Positions 45,974 through 55,300 of a stretch of 64,000 nucleotides of DNA are shown here, in pieces. How positions within the stretch are numbered: position 1 is the first letter of the stretch; each line of letters opens with the position of its first letter. A program made the translations under genes and the position numbers. The stretch lies in the NCBI GenBank assembly GCA_028282295.1, contig JANQIE010000180.1:4854-68853 (forward strand), read 5' to 3'. Below the pieces are notes generated by a model, which saw nothing but the letters and a program-made list of their open reading frames with translations, was not told where the DNA came from and did not search any database. The DNA comes from Desulfobacterales bacterium (GTDB lineage: Bacteria; Desulfobacterota; Desulfobacteria; Desulfobacterales; JANQIE01).

Positions 45974-46278
45974 AGCGTTTTGAGGCCCTCCGATCTGTCG
46001 CTCTCGCTCCTGTGAGTTAGGGCTGGCAATGTCAAAAATGGGGTCGGTTCAAATTGTTAACGTGAATCTCGTTGCGAGTTGTCAGGTTTGTAAAAAAACG
46101 GATAGTATAAAATATTCGCAATTCCGGCCGAGTATAATCAAAGCCATTTATCCTGTCAAGCTGCATGATACGTTGTGGCAGGGTCGCCGCCTATTTTAAA
46201 TATCGCTTTGTTGACAAGCAGGCCGGGTTGCAATAGCCATGACATTGAAAAACAGGAAAAGGGGGCGGAGGTAGCATT

Positions 46279-46581
46279 ATGCCGTTTGTTCAAGAACCGA
46301 CCGGATACGAAAAAACGATTCTTTCCGATCTTCAGGGGGCGTGGGGTGGCCTGCGCGAATCGATCGTCGAGGCCGCGGGATTTAACAGGTGGGACCGGGC
46401 GTTGTTTCATGTCGATGAGGCGATGAGTTGGGAGGTGGTCCGTAACCTGCGCCTGATGCCGCCGTTGCTGCTGATCATCAAAAATATCTGCACCCAGGGC
46501 AAAGCCCCGGCGGAAGTATTGGCGAATGTCCGGGCTGTTGATGAGATTCTGCATGAAACCTTTGAGAGTTATCCGCTTTGA
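46279..46581 (+). CDS. hypothetical protein (100 aa) adjoining the CRISPR leader
   Basis: GGAGGT SD 6 nt before the ATG. Balanced composition. No motif recognised; the C-terminal RAVDEILH is only loosely HEPN-like (Rx6H). Confidence 0.5.
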   Translation: MPFVQEPTGYEKTILSDLQGAWGGLRESIVEAAGFNRWDRALFHVDEAMSWEVVRNLRLMPPLLLIIKNICTQGKAPAEVLANVRAVDEILHETFESYPL

Positions 46582-46762
46582 ACGCATACGATCGCGTTTA
46601 GGTCCGACCGGACACCATGCTTTTCGGTTGACAAGCCATCCAAATGTGATCACAAAAAGGGCTATGAAAATGCATTGCCGCTGCCGGCCGAAAGTCGCCA
46701 AAAAAGTTGGTAAAATTTGTGCTCTGAAAAAAGCCCTGTGATTTCGGAAAGTTCCAGAAAGA

Positions 46763-47404
46763 GTGTTCCCCGCGCGTGCGGGGATGAACCGTCCTCTTTG
46801 GTAATTTCACCGAGACGGCGTCCGTGTTCCCCGCGCGTGCGGGGATGAACCGCCACAGAGCTATTTAGCGGAGAATCTGCGCACGTGTTCCCCGCGCGTG
46901 CGGGGATGAACCGGGGCGAAAAACCAATTATCGCCAGTTTAATTTAGTGTTCCCCGCGCGTGCGGGGATGAACCGAGCTGCCCCATACCCATCGTCCAAC
47001 GTAACAACGTGTTCCCCGCGCGTGCGGGGATGAACCGGCAGTTCTATCAACATTCCTTTCGGAATATACGTGTTCCCCGCGCGTGCGGGGATGAACCGCC
47101 TGATGGTACGGTGGCGAAAATGACCGCCCGGTGTTCCCCGCGCGTGCGGGGATGAACCGGATTGCTTTAGGCTTTTGCCCGTATGCAGCATGTGTTCCCC
47201 GCGCGTGCGGGGATGAACCGCCCTTGGGTTCGGAACCAAACGAAATGGTCAACGTGTTCCCCGCGCGTGCGGGGATGAACCGGTTGCGTAACGTGCCCGG
47301 AAAAATCGAGGAAAGTGTTCCCCGCGCGTGCGGGGATGAACCGGAGTCGGGGCAGGAAAAAAATGGGAGGGCCCCATGTTCCCTACACGCGTGGGGATAA
47401 CGCG
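46763..47404 (+). CRISPR. type I-E-like CRISPR array: 11 repeats of 29 bp and 10 spacers of 32-33 bp
   Basis: Repeat GTGTTCCCCGCGCGTGCGGGGATGAACCG starts at 46763, 46824, 46885, 46947, 47009, 47070, 47131, 47192, 47254 and 47315. A degenerate last repeat ATGTTCCCTACACGCGTGGGGATAACGCG lies at 47376-47404, so the leader should be on the 46.6-46.76 kb side. Confidence 0.95.
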
Positions 47405-47568
47405 TGCAGGCGCCTTTGGCAGCTCGCCTGTGGACTGTGGGGGAGAATTTTTTGCTTCACACGCAGGGTGCGGCGTGCGTGAAGATTTGGTAGTATTTTA
47501 CCCTCTGCGGACCCTGCGCCAGTGCGTGAAACTAGCCGGTTTTTATACTCAACGCCATTAACCTGAGA

Positions 47569-47643
47569 CTGTAGGAGCGGCGTCTGGCCGTGATTAGAGC
47601 GACATGATCGCACTATAATCGCGGCGGGACGCCGCTCCTGCAA
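47569..47643. repeat. REP-like imperfect palindrome
   Basis: CTGTAGGAGCGGCGTCTGGCCGTGATT ... AATCGCGGCGGGACGCCGCTCCTGCAA. Confidence 0.6.
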
Positions 47644-47724
47644 TGGGACTGGCCGTCTGAGTGGCGTAGGTTAATAAAATGGCGTTTCTACTTGCGGAGT
47701 TTCAGGCGCGGCATAAATACAATC

Positions 47725-48348
47725 TTATTTTGATTCGCCACCGCACAACTTCGCCGTGATCTCAGCCACATGCCGGCCCTGGAAGCGGGCTCCTTCCAAC
47801 TCGTTGGTGCTCGGCATCCGTTCACCGGTACCGCCGGCGATGGTCGAGGCGCCGTAGGGGGAGCCGCCGGTGATCTCATCCATGCTCATCTGGCCCTGAA
47901 ACGCATAGGGCAGGCCCACGATTACAAAACCGTGATGCAGCAACGTGATGTGAAACGACAGGATGGTCGACTCCTGGCCGCCGTGCTGAGTGGCGCTGCA
48001 GGTGAACACGCTGCCGACCTTGCCCACCAGGGCGCCCTGGGCCCAGAGTTGGCCGGTGGCATCCAGAAACTGGCGCATCTGGCCGCACATGTTGCCGAAG
48101 CGGGTGGGGGTGCCGAAGATGACCGCGTCGGCCGCGGCCAGTTCGTCCACGGTGGCGACCGGCACGTGGGCCATGCTTTTCTGAGCATCCACCGCCCCCA
48201 TTTTCTGCAAGACTTCGTCAGGGAGCGTCTCCGGGACCCGGCGTAACACGGTTTCGGCCCCTGCTGCGGTTCGCGCGCCTTCGGCAATGGCTTCCGCCAT
48301 CTTGTGAACGTGCCCATAGGTAGAATAATAGACAATCAATATCTTCAT
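47725..48348 (-). CDS. wrbA: NAD(P)H:quinone oxidoreductase WrbA (flavodoxin-like)
   Basis: [24 protein letters not shown]... and GSPYGAST are typical of WrbA. Start trimmed to ATG 48348 after AAGGAGA. The longer track ORF starts inside a MITE. Confidence 0.85.
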   Translation of the reverse strand: MKILIVYYSTYGHVHKMAEAIAEGARTAAGAETVLRRVPETLPDEVLQKMGAVDAQKSMAHVPVATVDELAAADAVIFGTPTRFGNMCGQMRQFLDATGQLWAQGALVGKVGSVFTCSATQHGGQESTILSFHITLLHHGFVIVGLPYAFQGQMSMDEITGGSPYGASTIAGGTGERMPSTNELEGARFQGRHVAEITAKLCGGESK

Positions 48349-48379
48349 GGTGGTGTTCTCCTTTTCAATCGGATTTTTA

Positions 48380-48508
48380 GTATTAACCCGGCAATAAAAT
48401 ACCTTTAAAATTGTGATTCCGGCGAGCGCCGGAATCAAGCGCCAATTCTGGATGCCGGATCAAGTCCGGCATGACCAAGGCTTACATATTTAGTCGCCGG
48501 TTCAATAT
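48380..48508. mobile_element. 129-bp MITE-like element, family E, copy 2 (inverted relative to copy 1)
   Basis: About 95 percent identical to the reverse complement of 3268-3396. Begins 32 nt upstream of the wrbA ATG. Confidence 0.75.
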
Positions 48509-48784
48509 TACCCGAATAATAAGAACACTTGGGACCGTTTGCCAATTCAGAGCCATGTATTTTTTTTGATTAAGACCGCGCAACGCCGATCTCACAAGCA
48601 ATCCATTATTTCCGGCCGGGCATTCCCAAATTTCAAATTTAATGTCATTAGCGTAAGCCGTCTAATGCAATAACAACGGCTCGCAAGAAATTATTTTTTG
48701 CACAAGCCCCAAGGAGATTTGTGAAATACACTTACGTTGCGGCGAGCCGCCGGAACAGGCAATTTGCGCATTTGGGAACATTTC

Positions 48785-48811
48785 CTGGATTCCCGCCTGC
48801 GCGGGAATGAC
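48785..48811. repeat. family C unit (inverted)
   Basis: CTGGATTCCCGCCTGCGCGGGAATGAC. Confidence 0.7.
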
Positions 48812-48901
48812 GAAGTAGGTTCTGCTCACACGGCTATGGGTTAAGGCCCTGCGCCACATCCTTCAAATTTCAAATTTCCAGTTTCAAACTTCCAGTTTTC
48901 C

Positions 48902-50227
48902 CTACAACAGATTGATCGCCAACTCGGACAGTTCACTGCGTTCGCCTTTTTCCAGGTTGATGTGGGCGCAGATCCGCTGGTCTTTCATTTTTTCGATCAG
49001 ATGGCTCAACCCGTTGGACTGGCTGTCCAGGTACGGATGGTCGATCTGATAAATATCGCCGGTGAAAATGATTTTGGTACCCTCACCGGCCCGGGTGATG
49101 ATGGTCTTGACTTCATGGGGCGTCAGGTTCTGGGCCTCGTCCACAATGAAGTAGATTTTCACCAGACTGCGGCCACGGATGTAGGAAAGCGGCGTGATGA
49201 CGATCTTTTCTTCCTCGATCATTTCGGTGATCTTGCGGCCGTTGCCGTTACCATTGGGGCAATGCTCCTGGATCACCGCCAGGTTGTCGTACAGCGGCTG
49301 CATGTAAGGATCGAGCTTCGACTGAATGTCTCCCGGCAGATAGCCGGTGTCCTTGTTGCTCAGCGGTACGGTGGGCCGTGCGATGAAAATCTGGCGGTAA
49401 TGGCGTTTGCGCTCTAGGGCGCCGGCCAGGGCCAGAAGGGTTTTGCCGGTGCCGGCCTTGCCGGACAGGGTGACCAGGGGAATGTTCGGGTTGGTCAGTG
49501 CGTCCAGAGCAAACGCCTGTTCGGCGTTGCGGGGCATGACGCCGTAGCAGGGCGTTTTCTCCACCCGCCGGATCACGCGGGTAAACCCGTCGTAGTTGGC
49601 CAGGGCCGATTTTTTACCGTTGCGCAGGATCAGAAATTCATTGGGCAACAGGTGGTTGTCGAATTGCAGCGCATCCGCGCGGATTTCATTGGGGTAGGTA
49701 TAGAACCGGTCGATGATTTCGCTGTCGATGTTGTTTTCAATTCGGGCGCCCTTGTAGAGCTGAGCGATGTTCTTGACATGGTCGGAAGTATAGTCCGCGG
49801 CCAGCAAACCGACCGCCTTGGCTTTCATGCGCAGGTTGACGTCCTTGGTCACCAGGATGATCTGGCGGTCGGGATATTGCTCGGCCTGATAAAAGGCGAT
49901 GTTCAAGATGTGGTGATCCGGTTTGTCGGCCGTGAAGTTGCTTCTGAGTTTGGGGTGGAACTCTTTTTCGAGTTTAACCGATATCTTGCCCTTTCCGGGC
50001 CCGATGGCGATCCCGCCGTTGAAGATTTTGTCCGAACTGAGGGTGTCCAGGTCGCGCAGGAACTTGCGGGCGTGAATGTTCAGGGTCCCTTTTCCTTTTT
50101 TGAACTGGTCCAACTCTTCGATGACAATGATCGGCACAATCACGTCATGTTCTTCAAATTGGTAGATGCATGCGCTGTCGTGCAGGATAACATTGGTGTC
50201 CAGGACAAAGATTTTTTTATTTGTCAT
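48902..50227 (-). CDS. PhoH2-type protein: N-terminal PIN domain fused to PhoH ATPase
   Basis: IFVLDTNVILHD...VIEELD (PIN acidic residues). Walker A GKAGTGKT. PhoH-like C-terminus. Start trimmed to ATG 50227 because the longer ORF begins inside a MITE. Confidence 0.85.
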   Translation of the reverse strand: MTNKKIFVLDTNVILHDSACIYQFEEHDVIVPIIVIEELDQFKKGKGTLNIHARKFLRDLDTLSSDKIFNGGIAIGPGKGKISVKLEKEFHPKLRSNFTADKPDHHILNIAFYQAEQYPDRQIILVTKDVNLRMKAKAVGLLAADYTSDHVKNIAQLYKGARIENNIDSEIIDRFYTYPNEIRADALQFDNHLLPNEFLILRNGKKSALANYDGFTRVIRRVEKTPCYGVMPRNAEQAFALDALTNPNIPLVTLSGKAGTGKTLLALAGALERKRHYRQIFIARPTVPLSNKDTGYLPGDIQSKLDPYMQPLYDNLAVIQEHCPNGNGNGRKITEMIEEEKIVITPLSYIRGRSLVKIYFIVDEAQNLTPHEVKTIITRAGEGTKIIFTGDIYQIDHPYLDSQSNGLSHLIEKMKDQRICAHINLEKGERSELSELAINLL

Positions 50228-50309
50228 ATCGGTTTGCGCAACCTCCTTGATTGGGGTTCGGTGCCTGCGCCGGTCGCGTGGTGATGGTTTGGCGACCGGG
50301 TCCTTATCA

Positions 50310-50362
50310 GTGTCCATCCGGAAAACAGCACCTTTTGGTCCAGGCCGGCGTTCTCACGAATT
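50310..50362. repeat. truncated MITE family A copy (left ~53 nt)
   Basis: GTGTCCATCCGGAAAACAGCACCTTTTGGTCCAGGCCGGCGTTCTCACGAATT matches the reverse complement of the right half of copy 15218-15360. Confidence 0.65.
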
Positions 50363-50403
50363 TGAAGTAATGGCGCAGCCATTCAGTTCTTGCGACGTAG
50401 CTT

Positions 50404-50546
50404 GTGTCCATCCGGAAATAGCATCTTTTGGCCCCTGGCGGCGTTCTCACATTTTTAAAATCCTCGGCAGTAGCGCGCTATGCCTGCGGTTTTAAAAATG
50501 TTCGGACCTTGCCAGGAACCAAAATCTACTATTTCCGGATGGGCAC
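50404..50546. mobile_element. MITE family A, full copy (143 bp)
   Basis: GTGTCCATCCGGAAATAGC ... CTACTATTTCCGGATGGGCAC, about 40 nt after the truncated copy. Confidence 0.85.
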
Positions 50547-50774
50547 TAAATAGCAGTGTCACGTGCGTCAGCGGGAAAATTCCGGCCGGTACGATGAAAC
50601 GGTTTGCACGGCAGGTTGCGATATGACAACCTAATTTTCATATCGGACAATCGGCGGTAATATTGACTTTTTTTTGCGGTGGAATCGAATTTGAAAATCG
50701 GTGGTGGGTAAAGGGCGGCAATGACGCCGGTTGACGGCAGACGCACTACCTTGCCTGGTGGTGTTGGTGCGTGT

Positions 50775-50808
50775 CAGGAACTCAAAAATGTTATTTTCGG
50801 ATGGGCAC
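50775..50808. repeat. solo right end of MITE family A
   Basis: CAGGAACTCAAAAATGTTATTTTCGGATGGGCAC. The adjacent CTAG supplies the stop of the 71-aa ORF on the minus strand. Confidence 0.6.
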
Positions 50809-51023
50809 TAGCTTCTTCGCTCCATGCCGCTACGCCGCCCGCTACGTTTGCGCCTGTCGAAACCGCTACGGCGGTCCCGGCCGGTGCGGCGCTCGGGGAT
50901 TGTAACCGCAAATTGAAACTGCCTTCGCTCGATACCGATCCGTCGTCCGCCGTAGTCGATGGGCGGTACGTCCCTGAACATGATATGCTTAAGCGGGTCG
51001 CTTTCTTTTTTATATGTTTGCAT
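50808..51023 (-). CDS. 71-aa Arg-rich protein with (D/E)RR repeats
   Basis: ...FAVTIPERRTGRDRRSGFDRRKRSGRRSGMERRS. This IPERRxGxDRR-type repeat recalls small proteins seen in deltaproteobacterial genomes (recalled, not verified). Weak SD. Confidence 0.45.
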   Translation of the reverse strand: MQTYKKESDPLKHIMFRDVPPIDYGGRRIGIERRQFQFAVTIPERRTGRDRRSGFDRRKRSGRRSGMERRS

Positions 51024-51342
51024 ATCTTCCGCCGTTGGTGCGGCCCGATGACCGCTTTTAGAGAAAAGGAAGTGGATGAATTTGACTGTTGTCGTGTAGA
51101 GCTGTTTCGTTCAGGTAGCATGCAGTGTGATTGAAATTTAAACCTAACGGATGGCGCCCACATTTGTCTATAGGCAATAGACCCTAAATTGTTGGGGGAA
51201 ACCCCCCAATCATATATTTTTTGAACCGGCAACCGACTATCGGTGGCAATTGCGAACCCTTAGTTTCAGCTTTGTGCGGTTTACGGCGCCATCTAGTTTG
51301 CATACCCTTACGTTAAGCTCGATATCCTACCCGTCAATAGCC

Positions 51343-52335
51343 CTAAAGTTGATCGGGGGCCACATAGTGCGCCAACATGCGTTGCGCCTCGGACCGGACC
51401 GTCGCCTGCAATTCTTTCGGCGCCAGGACGCGGGCCTGGGCGCCCCAACGTAAAATCCAATATTTGATTTCATCCAAACCGGCTACCTGGGCTTCGAAGA
51501 TTACCGATCCGTCGTCCTGCGCGGTGATCTGCTGGCTCGGGTGCCAGGTGCGTTCCTTGATGTAGCCGGCCACTGCGGCCGAAAAGCGGATACGGACACG
51601 TACGTCTTCACCCTGGAAGATGCCGAAGCTTTTCGCCAGCATGTCTTCGGGCGAAAAATGTTCCGGGATCTCATATTCTTGTTCGGTAATCGTCAGGCTG
51701 CGAATCCGTTGCGGCACAAAGGTGCGTACTTCCTCGCGCAGGCCGCAGTAGGCGATCAGATAAAATATGCCGTTACAAAACCAGAGTTTATACGGCGCTA
51801 CTTTCCGGCGGGTGACCTCGTTGCGGCCCATGCTGTGGTAGTCGATGGTCACCCAGCGCCGATCCAGGATCGCCTGGTTCAGCTCCGCCAGGTAGTTGCC
51901 GGCTTTTAACGGGGCGCCGGTCGACACCCGGCCGACCTGCAGGCTGTTTTCGATCTGCTTCAGGAAGGTCATGTAGTCTTGGGGCAGGGTGGCTTTTAGT
52001 TTTTGAAACAGCGATTCGATGGCTTCATGGAAGAAGGTGTTCTCCAGGGCGCGAAGCAGGCCGCGTCCGAAGTAAAGCGCCATCAGTTCGGTAAGGTTGA
52101 GCGGCAGCGGCATTTGATGCTTGGCCCGGTCTAGGATCAACCAGCGGTTGGCGCCGTCCTCACGTTCGCAGTAGAGCGGAAAACCGGCGAATTCCAGCGC
52201 TTGCAGATCGCGATACACCGATCGCGAGTGACATTCAAGCCGGTCGGCCAGTTCGTTGACGGTGCATCCCCGGTGGGACTGTAACAGGGTCTGGATGATT
52301 TTCCACTGACGTCCAAGTTGATCGCCGCGCGCCAT
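51343..52335 (-). CDS. HTH + WYL domain transcriptional regulator (YafY-like)
   Basis: N-terminal winged HTH (RGCTVNELADRLECHSRSVYRDLQALE). Central WYL-type region (VAPYKLWFCNGIFYLIAYC). AAGGAGA SD 16 nt after the stop of the upstream giant gene. Confidence 0.8.
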   Translation of the reverse strand: MARGDQLGRQWKIIQTLLQSHRGCTVNELADRLECHSRSVYRDLQALEFAGFPLYCEREDGANRWLILDRAKHQMPLPLNLTELMALYFGRGLLRALENTFFHEAIESLFQKLKATLPQDYMTFLKQIENSLQVGRVSTGAPLKAGNYLAELNQAILDRRWVTIDYHSMGRNEVTRRKVAPYKLWFCNGIFYLIAYCGLREEVRTFVPQRIRSLTITEQEYEIPEHFSPEDMLAKSFGIFQGEDVRVRIRFSAAVAGYIKERTWHPSQQITAQDDGSVIFEAQVAGLDEIKYWILRWGAQARVLAPKELQATVRSEAQRMLAHYVAPDQL

Positions 52336-52351
52336 AGGGTCTCCTTTGTGT

Positions 52352-55300
52352 TCAGCCGGTGCGGTGGTAGTCTGTCTGCGTGTGAACCCGTGCTTTGCGG
52401 GGGTAGTGCAGATACGGGATGATTTTGTCGTTTTTCGGCCCGCCGGTGCCGTCGTAGGTCACCGATACTACCGGAACACCGGTCAGGGTTTCGATGCGCG
52501 CGGCCATGGCCTCGGTCACCAGACTCGGGCAGCACAAGGCCGGGCTGACCTGAACGAACAGCGCCAGGTCCGGTGTGTGCTTGTGGATATAATGAACTTT
52601 GAGCACATTGTCCATCGATTCGCCGGTATTTTCGATGCGCATGCCGTAGCGCTTCAAGACCGCTTCGGCCGGATCGTCGTAGACGGCCATGGGTTCATGC
52701 AACAGACGTTCGAAATACCGGTAGTAGGTTTTTTCCAGCGGGCTCATGGTGGCCAGGATGGTTTTGCCGGAAAAGACGTTCAGGTACTTGCCTTCGTTGA
52801 ACCATTTGCGAAAGTAGGGCCCGGCGATCATTTTGGCGTATTCGGTGTAGGGGGTGGTCACCACTTCGCCGCCGTGGGCTTCGATAAACCGGATCAGGTT
52901 CTGGTTCATTACGGCGTTGTCGCGGGTGTACAGGTCGCCGAACAGGGCCACCTTGGGGCGGCGGTAAGGGGTGCGGATGCGCATGGCGGTAAAGCGGGCG
53001 ACCATTTTTTCCAGGACCGGCTCCTTGGCCGTGTTGTTCAAAAAGGCGTCGTAAAATTCCGCCAGGGTCGCGTCCACGGCCGCGTCCACCCGGCCGGCGT
53101 CGCGCTCACAGGGTCTTAAGCGGCAGGCCACCCGGCGCAGCAGGCCGCCGAGCATGTAAGCAAAATAAGCGTCCCGGGCGGCCCGTAACGAGATATCCGT
53201 GAACGACAGGGCGCCGACGTAAACCCCGGCCTGTGCCAGGCCGTGACCGTGGGCGCGCAGGATGTTTTTGATCTGGTGCGGATAGAGCCGGATGTTGCAG
53301 GCAATTTCCGACCGGCCGACCCACAGGGTGGTTTGGGCCGGGTCCAGATTGTGGGCCCGGATGCAGTCGATGTAGCCCTGGGCAATGGCGTTCATCGGGA
53401 TGCACTGGCCGGTGTTGTGGCGCATGCTGCGTTGGATCGAGGTCGGCGTTTCGGTCATCAGCACAGCGTTGAAACCTTCGCGGCGCAGATTGGCTTCCAG
53501 CAGTTTACCGCACAAGCGGTCCCAGTTGGGCAGGACGACGTTGGGGCGGCTCAGCTTTGGTTCGAGGTCCGGATTGATCGGGGCCGGGTCGATGGCTGTT
53601 ACGACATCCTGCCGGGTGTGATGGTTCCGGAAGGCACGGACGGCTGCTTCGATGCGGGTTTCGTAACCCACGCTCGAGTCGTGCTCGTCGAGTTCCAGGA
53701 TCAGATAGGGTTTGTTGTGCGCTTCCAGCACCTGCTTGAAATAACCGGTCAGGTAGGAGTCGGGTGAGCATTTGAACGATGTGAGCAGGACCGGGTAGAG
53801 TCCCGGCATGCCTGCGACCACGTAGGCAGCCTCTAAAATGCGCACGGCGTAGTCCCAGGGCATCTGTGCCAGTAGGGGGCGAATGGCGGTCACTTGTTCA
53901 GGGTTATAGGGCAGCATGTCCTGGTAAAAACAATCGATCTGTTTCTGATGAAAGATGGACGGGATGTGGTGGTTCAAGGCGGGCGACAAGACCGTGTAGG
54001 GGCGCCCGAGCAGCATGATCCGGATGTCGGCGCCGTTGGTGGTGAACCGGTTGCGAAAGAGCTGTTGCAATTGTTGCCGGCGGGTCTGCCCGGCGGCCAC
54101 GGCGGTGTCGTAGGCCGCGGCGACTTCAAAAAAACCGGGGCCCTGGGGCAGGATGCGTCTGAGCATCCGGTACAGTTCGATTTTGGTGAAAAAGCTGGTG
54201 TAAAGGTAGTCGAGCACCGGGGTGAGCAGTTGGGCTGCCATGGTCGGCCGCATCCCGGCGGCCAGGGGCGGCGCAAACTGGGTATAGTAGCAGTATTGTC
54301 GCCGCTGACCTTTTATCCGGCTTTTCTTTTCCAGGTAGTACGGCCAGAAGATGTAGTCGGCTTTCGTGCGCAGGGCCTCGACATGGCCGTGCATGGCGGC
54401 CATGGGGGCGCAGAATTCGGCGCCGGCGAGCTTTTTGCCGGCGGTTACGGCGGTGGTGTTTGCCGTGCTGGTGACAGTGGGGATGCCGAGCCGCGCGAAA
54501 AAGGTTTGCCACATGTCAAGGTCCGCCAAAAGCGGGCCGGCCGCCGGCAGGCCGACAATCACGCTATGGGTTTCGGGTACGGCCGGTTGGGGCGCAGGCT
54601 TGAGCTTGCGGCGTGCCCGCATCAGGTGAAAGGCGTTGTTTTTGATTTTGGCGTGTTGCCTGGTGTCGTAGTCGCGGCCGCATAAAAAGCCGTAGGCCAC
54701 GGTTTCACCGGCAACGTCGGCCACGCTGAGTTTGCAGTGGTTGGTGCACAGGTCGCAGGTTTCAGTGCGTGTCGGGATTTGCCGGCGATAAAGACCCAGA
54801 CCGCGAAACCGGGTGACAGTGGCGGTCGACAGGTGCGCGGTTTCATCCATGTGGAGCAGGGCGCATCCCATGGCGCCGGTCAGGTGGCAGTAGCGGGATA
54901 CCAGGATCGGTTTTTTCAGTCGTTGCTCAAAGGCCGCCACCAGGGCCTTGTTCTTGGCGGTGGCGCCTTGAAAGAAGATGGTGTTGCCGATGCGGCTTGG
55001 GGTGGCGACTTTCAGCAGGTAGTTTTCCCGCACGGCATGCAGGACCGACGCGAGCACATCGTCGACCGCGCGGCCTTCGGCCAGGTGGTGATTGAGGTCG
55101 CGTTCCATGAACACGGTGCAGCGGTCGCTGGTCATGGGCGCCCGGCGGCCCTGGGTGCGCTGGGTGAACGCGTCGAGTGGACAGCCGAGTTTGCGGGCCT
55201 GTTCCTCGATAAAGCTGCCGGTGCCGGCGGCGCAGACGGTGTTCATGGTGGCCGAGGTGACCATGCCGTTTTTCAGGGTGGTGAATTTGGCGTCCTGGCC

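Noticed and set aside
46156-46701. 181-aa minus-strand ORF overlapping the 100-aa plus-strand ORF and the CRISPR leader
   Set aside because: No SD, odd composition, and it would run into the leader. The plus-strand ORF has a good GGAGGT SD and was preferred, though neither is proven.
46928-47252. 102-103-aa minus-strand ORFs, and others at 46598-46856, with reiterated HPRTRGEH / SSPHARGT peptides
   Set aside because: They are translations of the CRISPR repeats. The periodic peptide repeat follows the 61-nt repeat-spacer period.
46792-47375. Possible self-targeting spacers
   Set aside because: A by-eye comparison of the ten spacers with the rest of the window found no match. This is not a rigorous search and says nothing about the rest of the genome.
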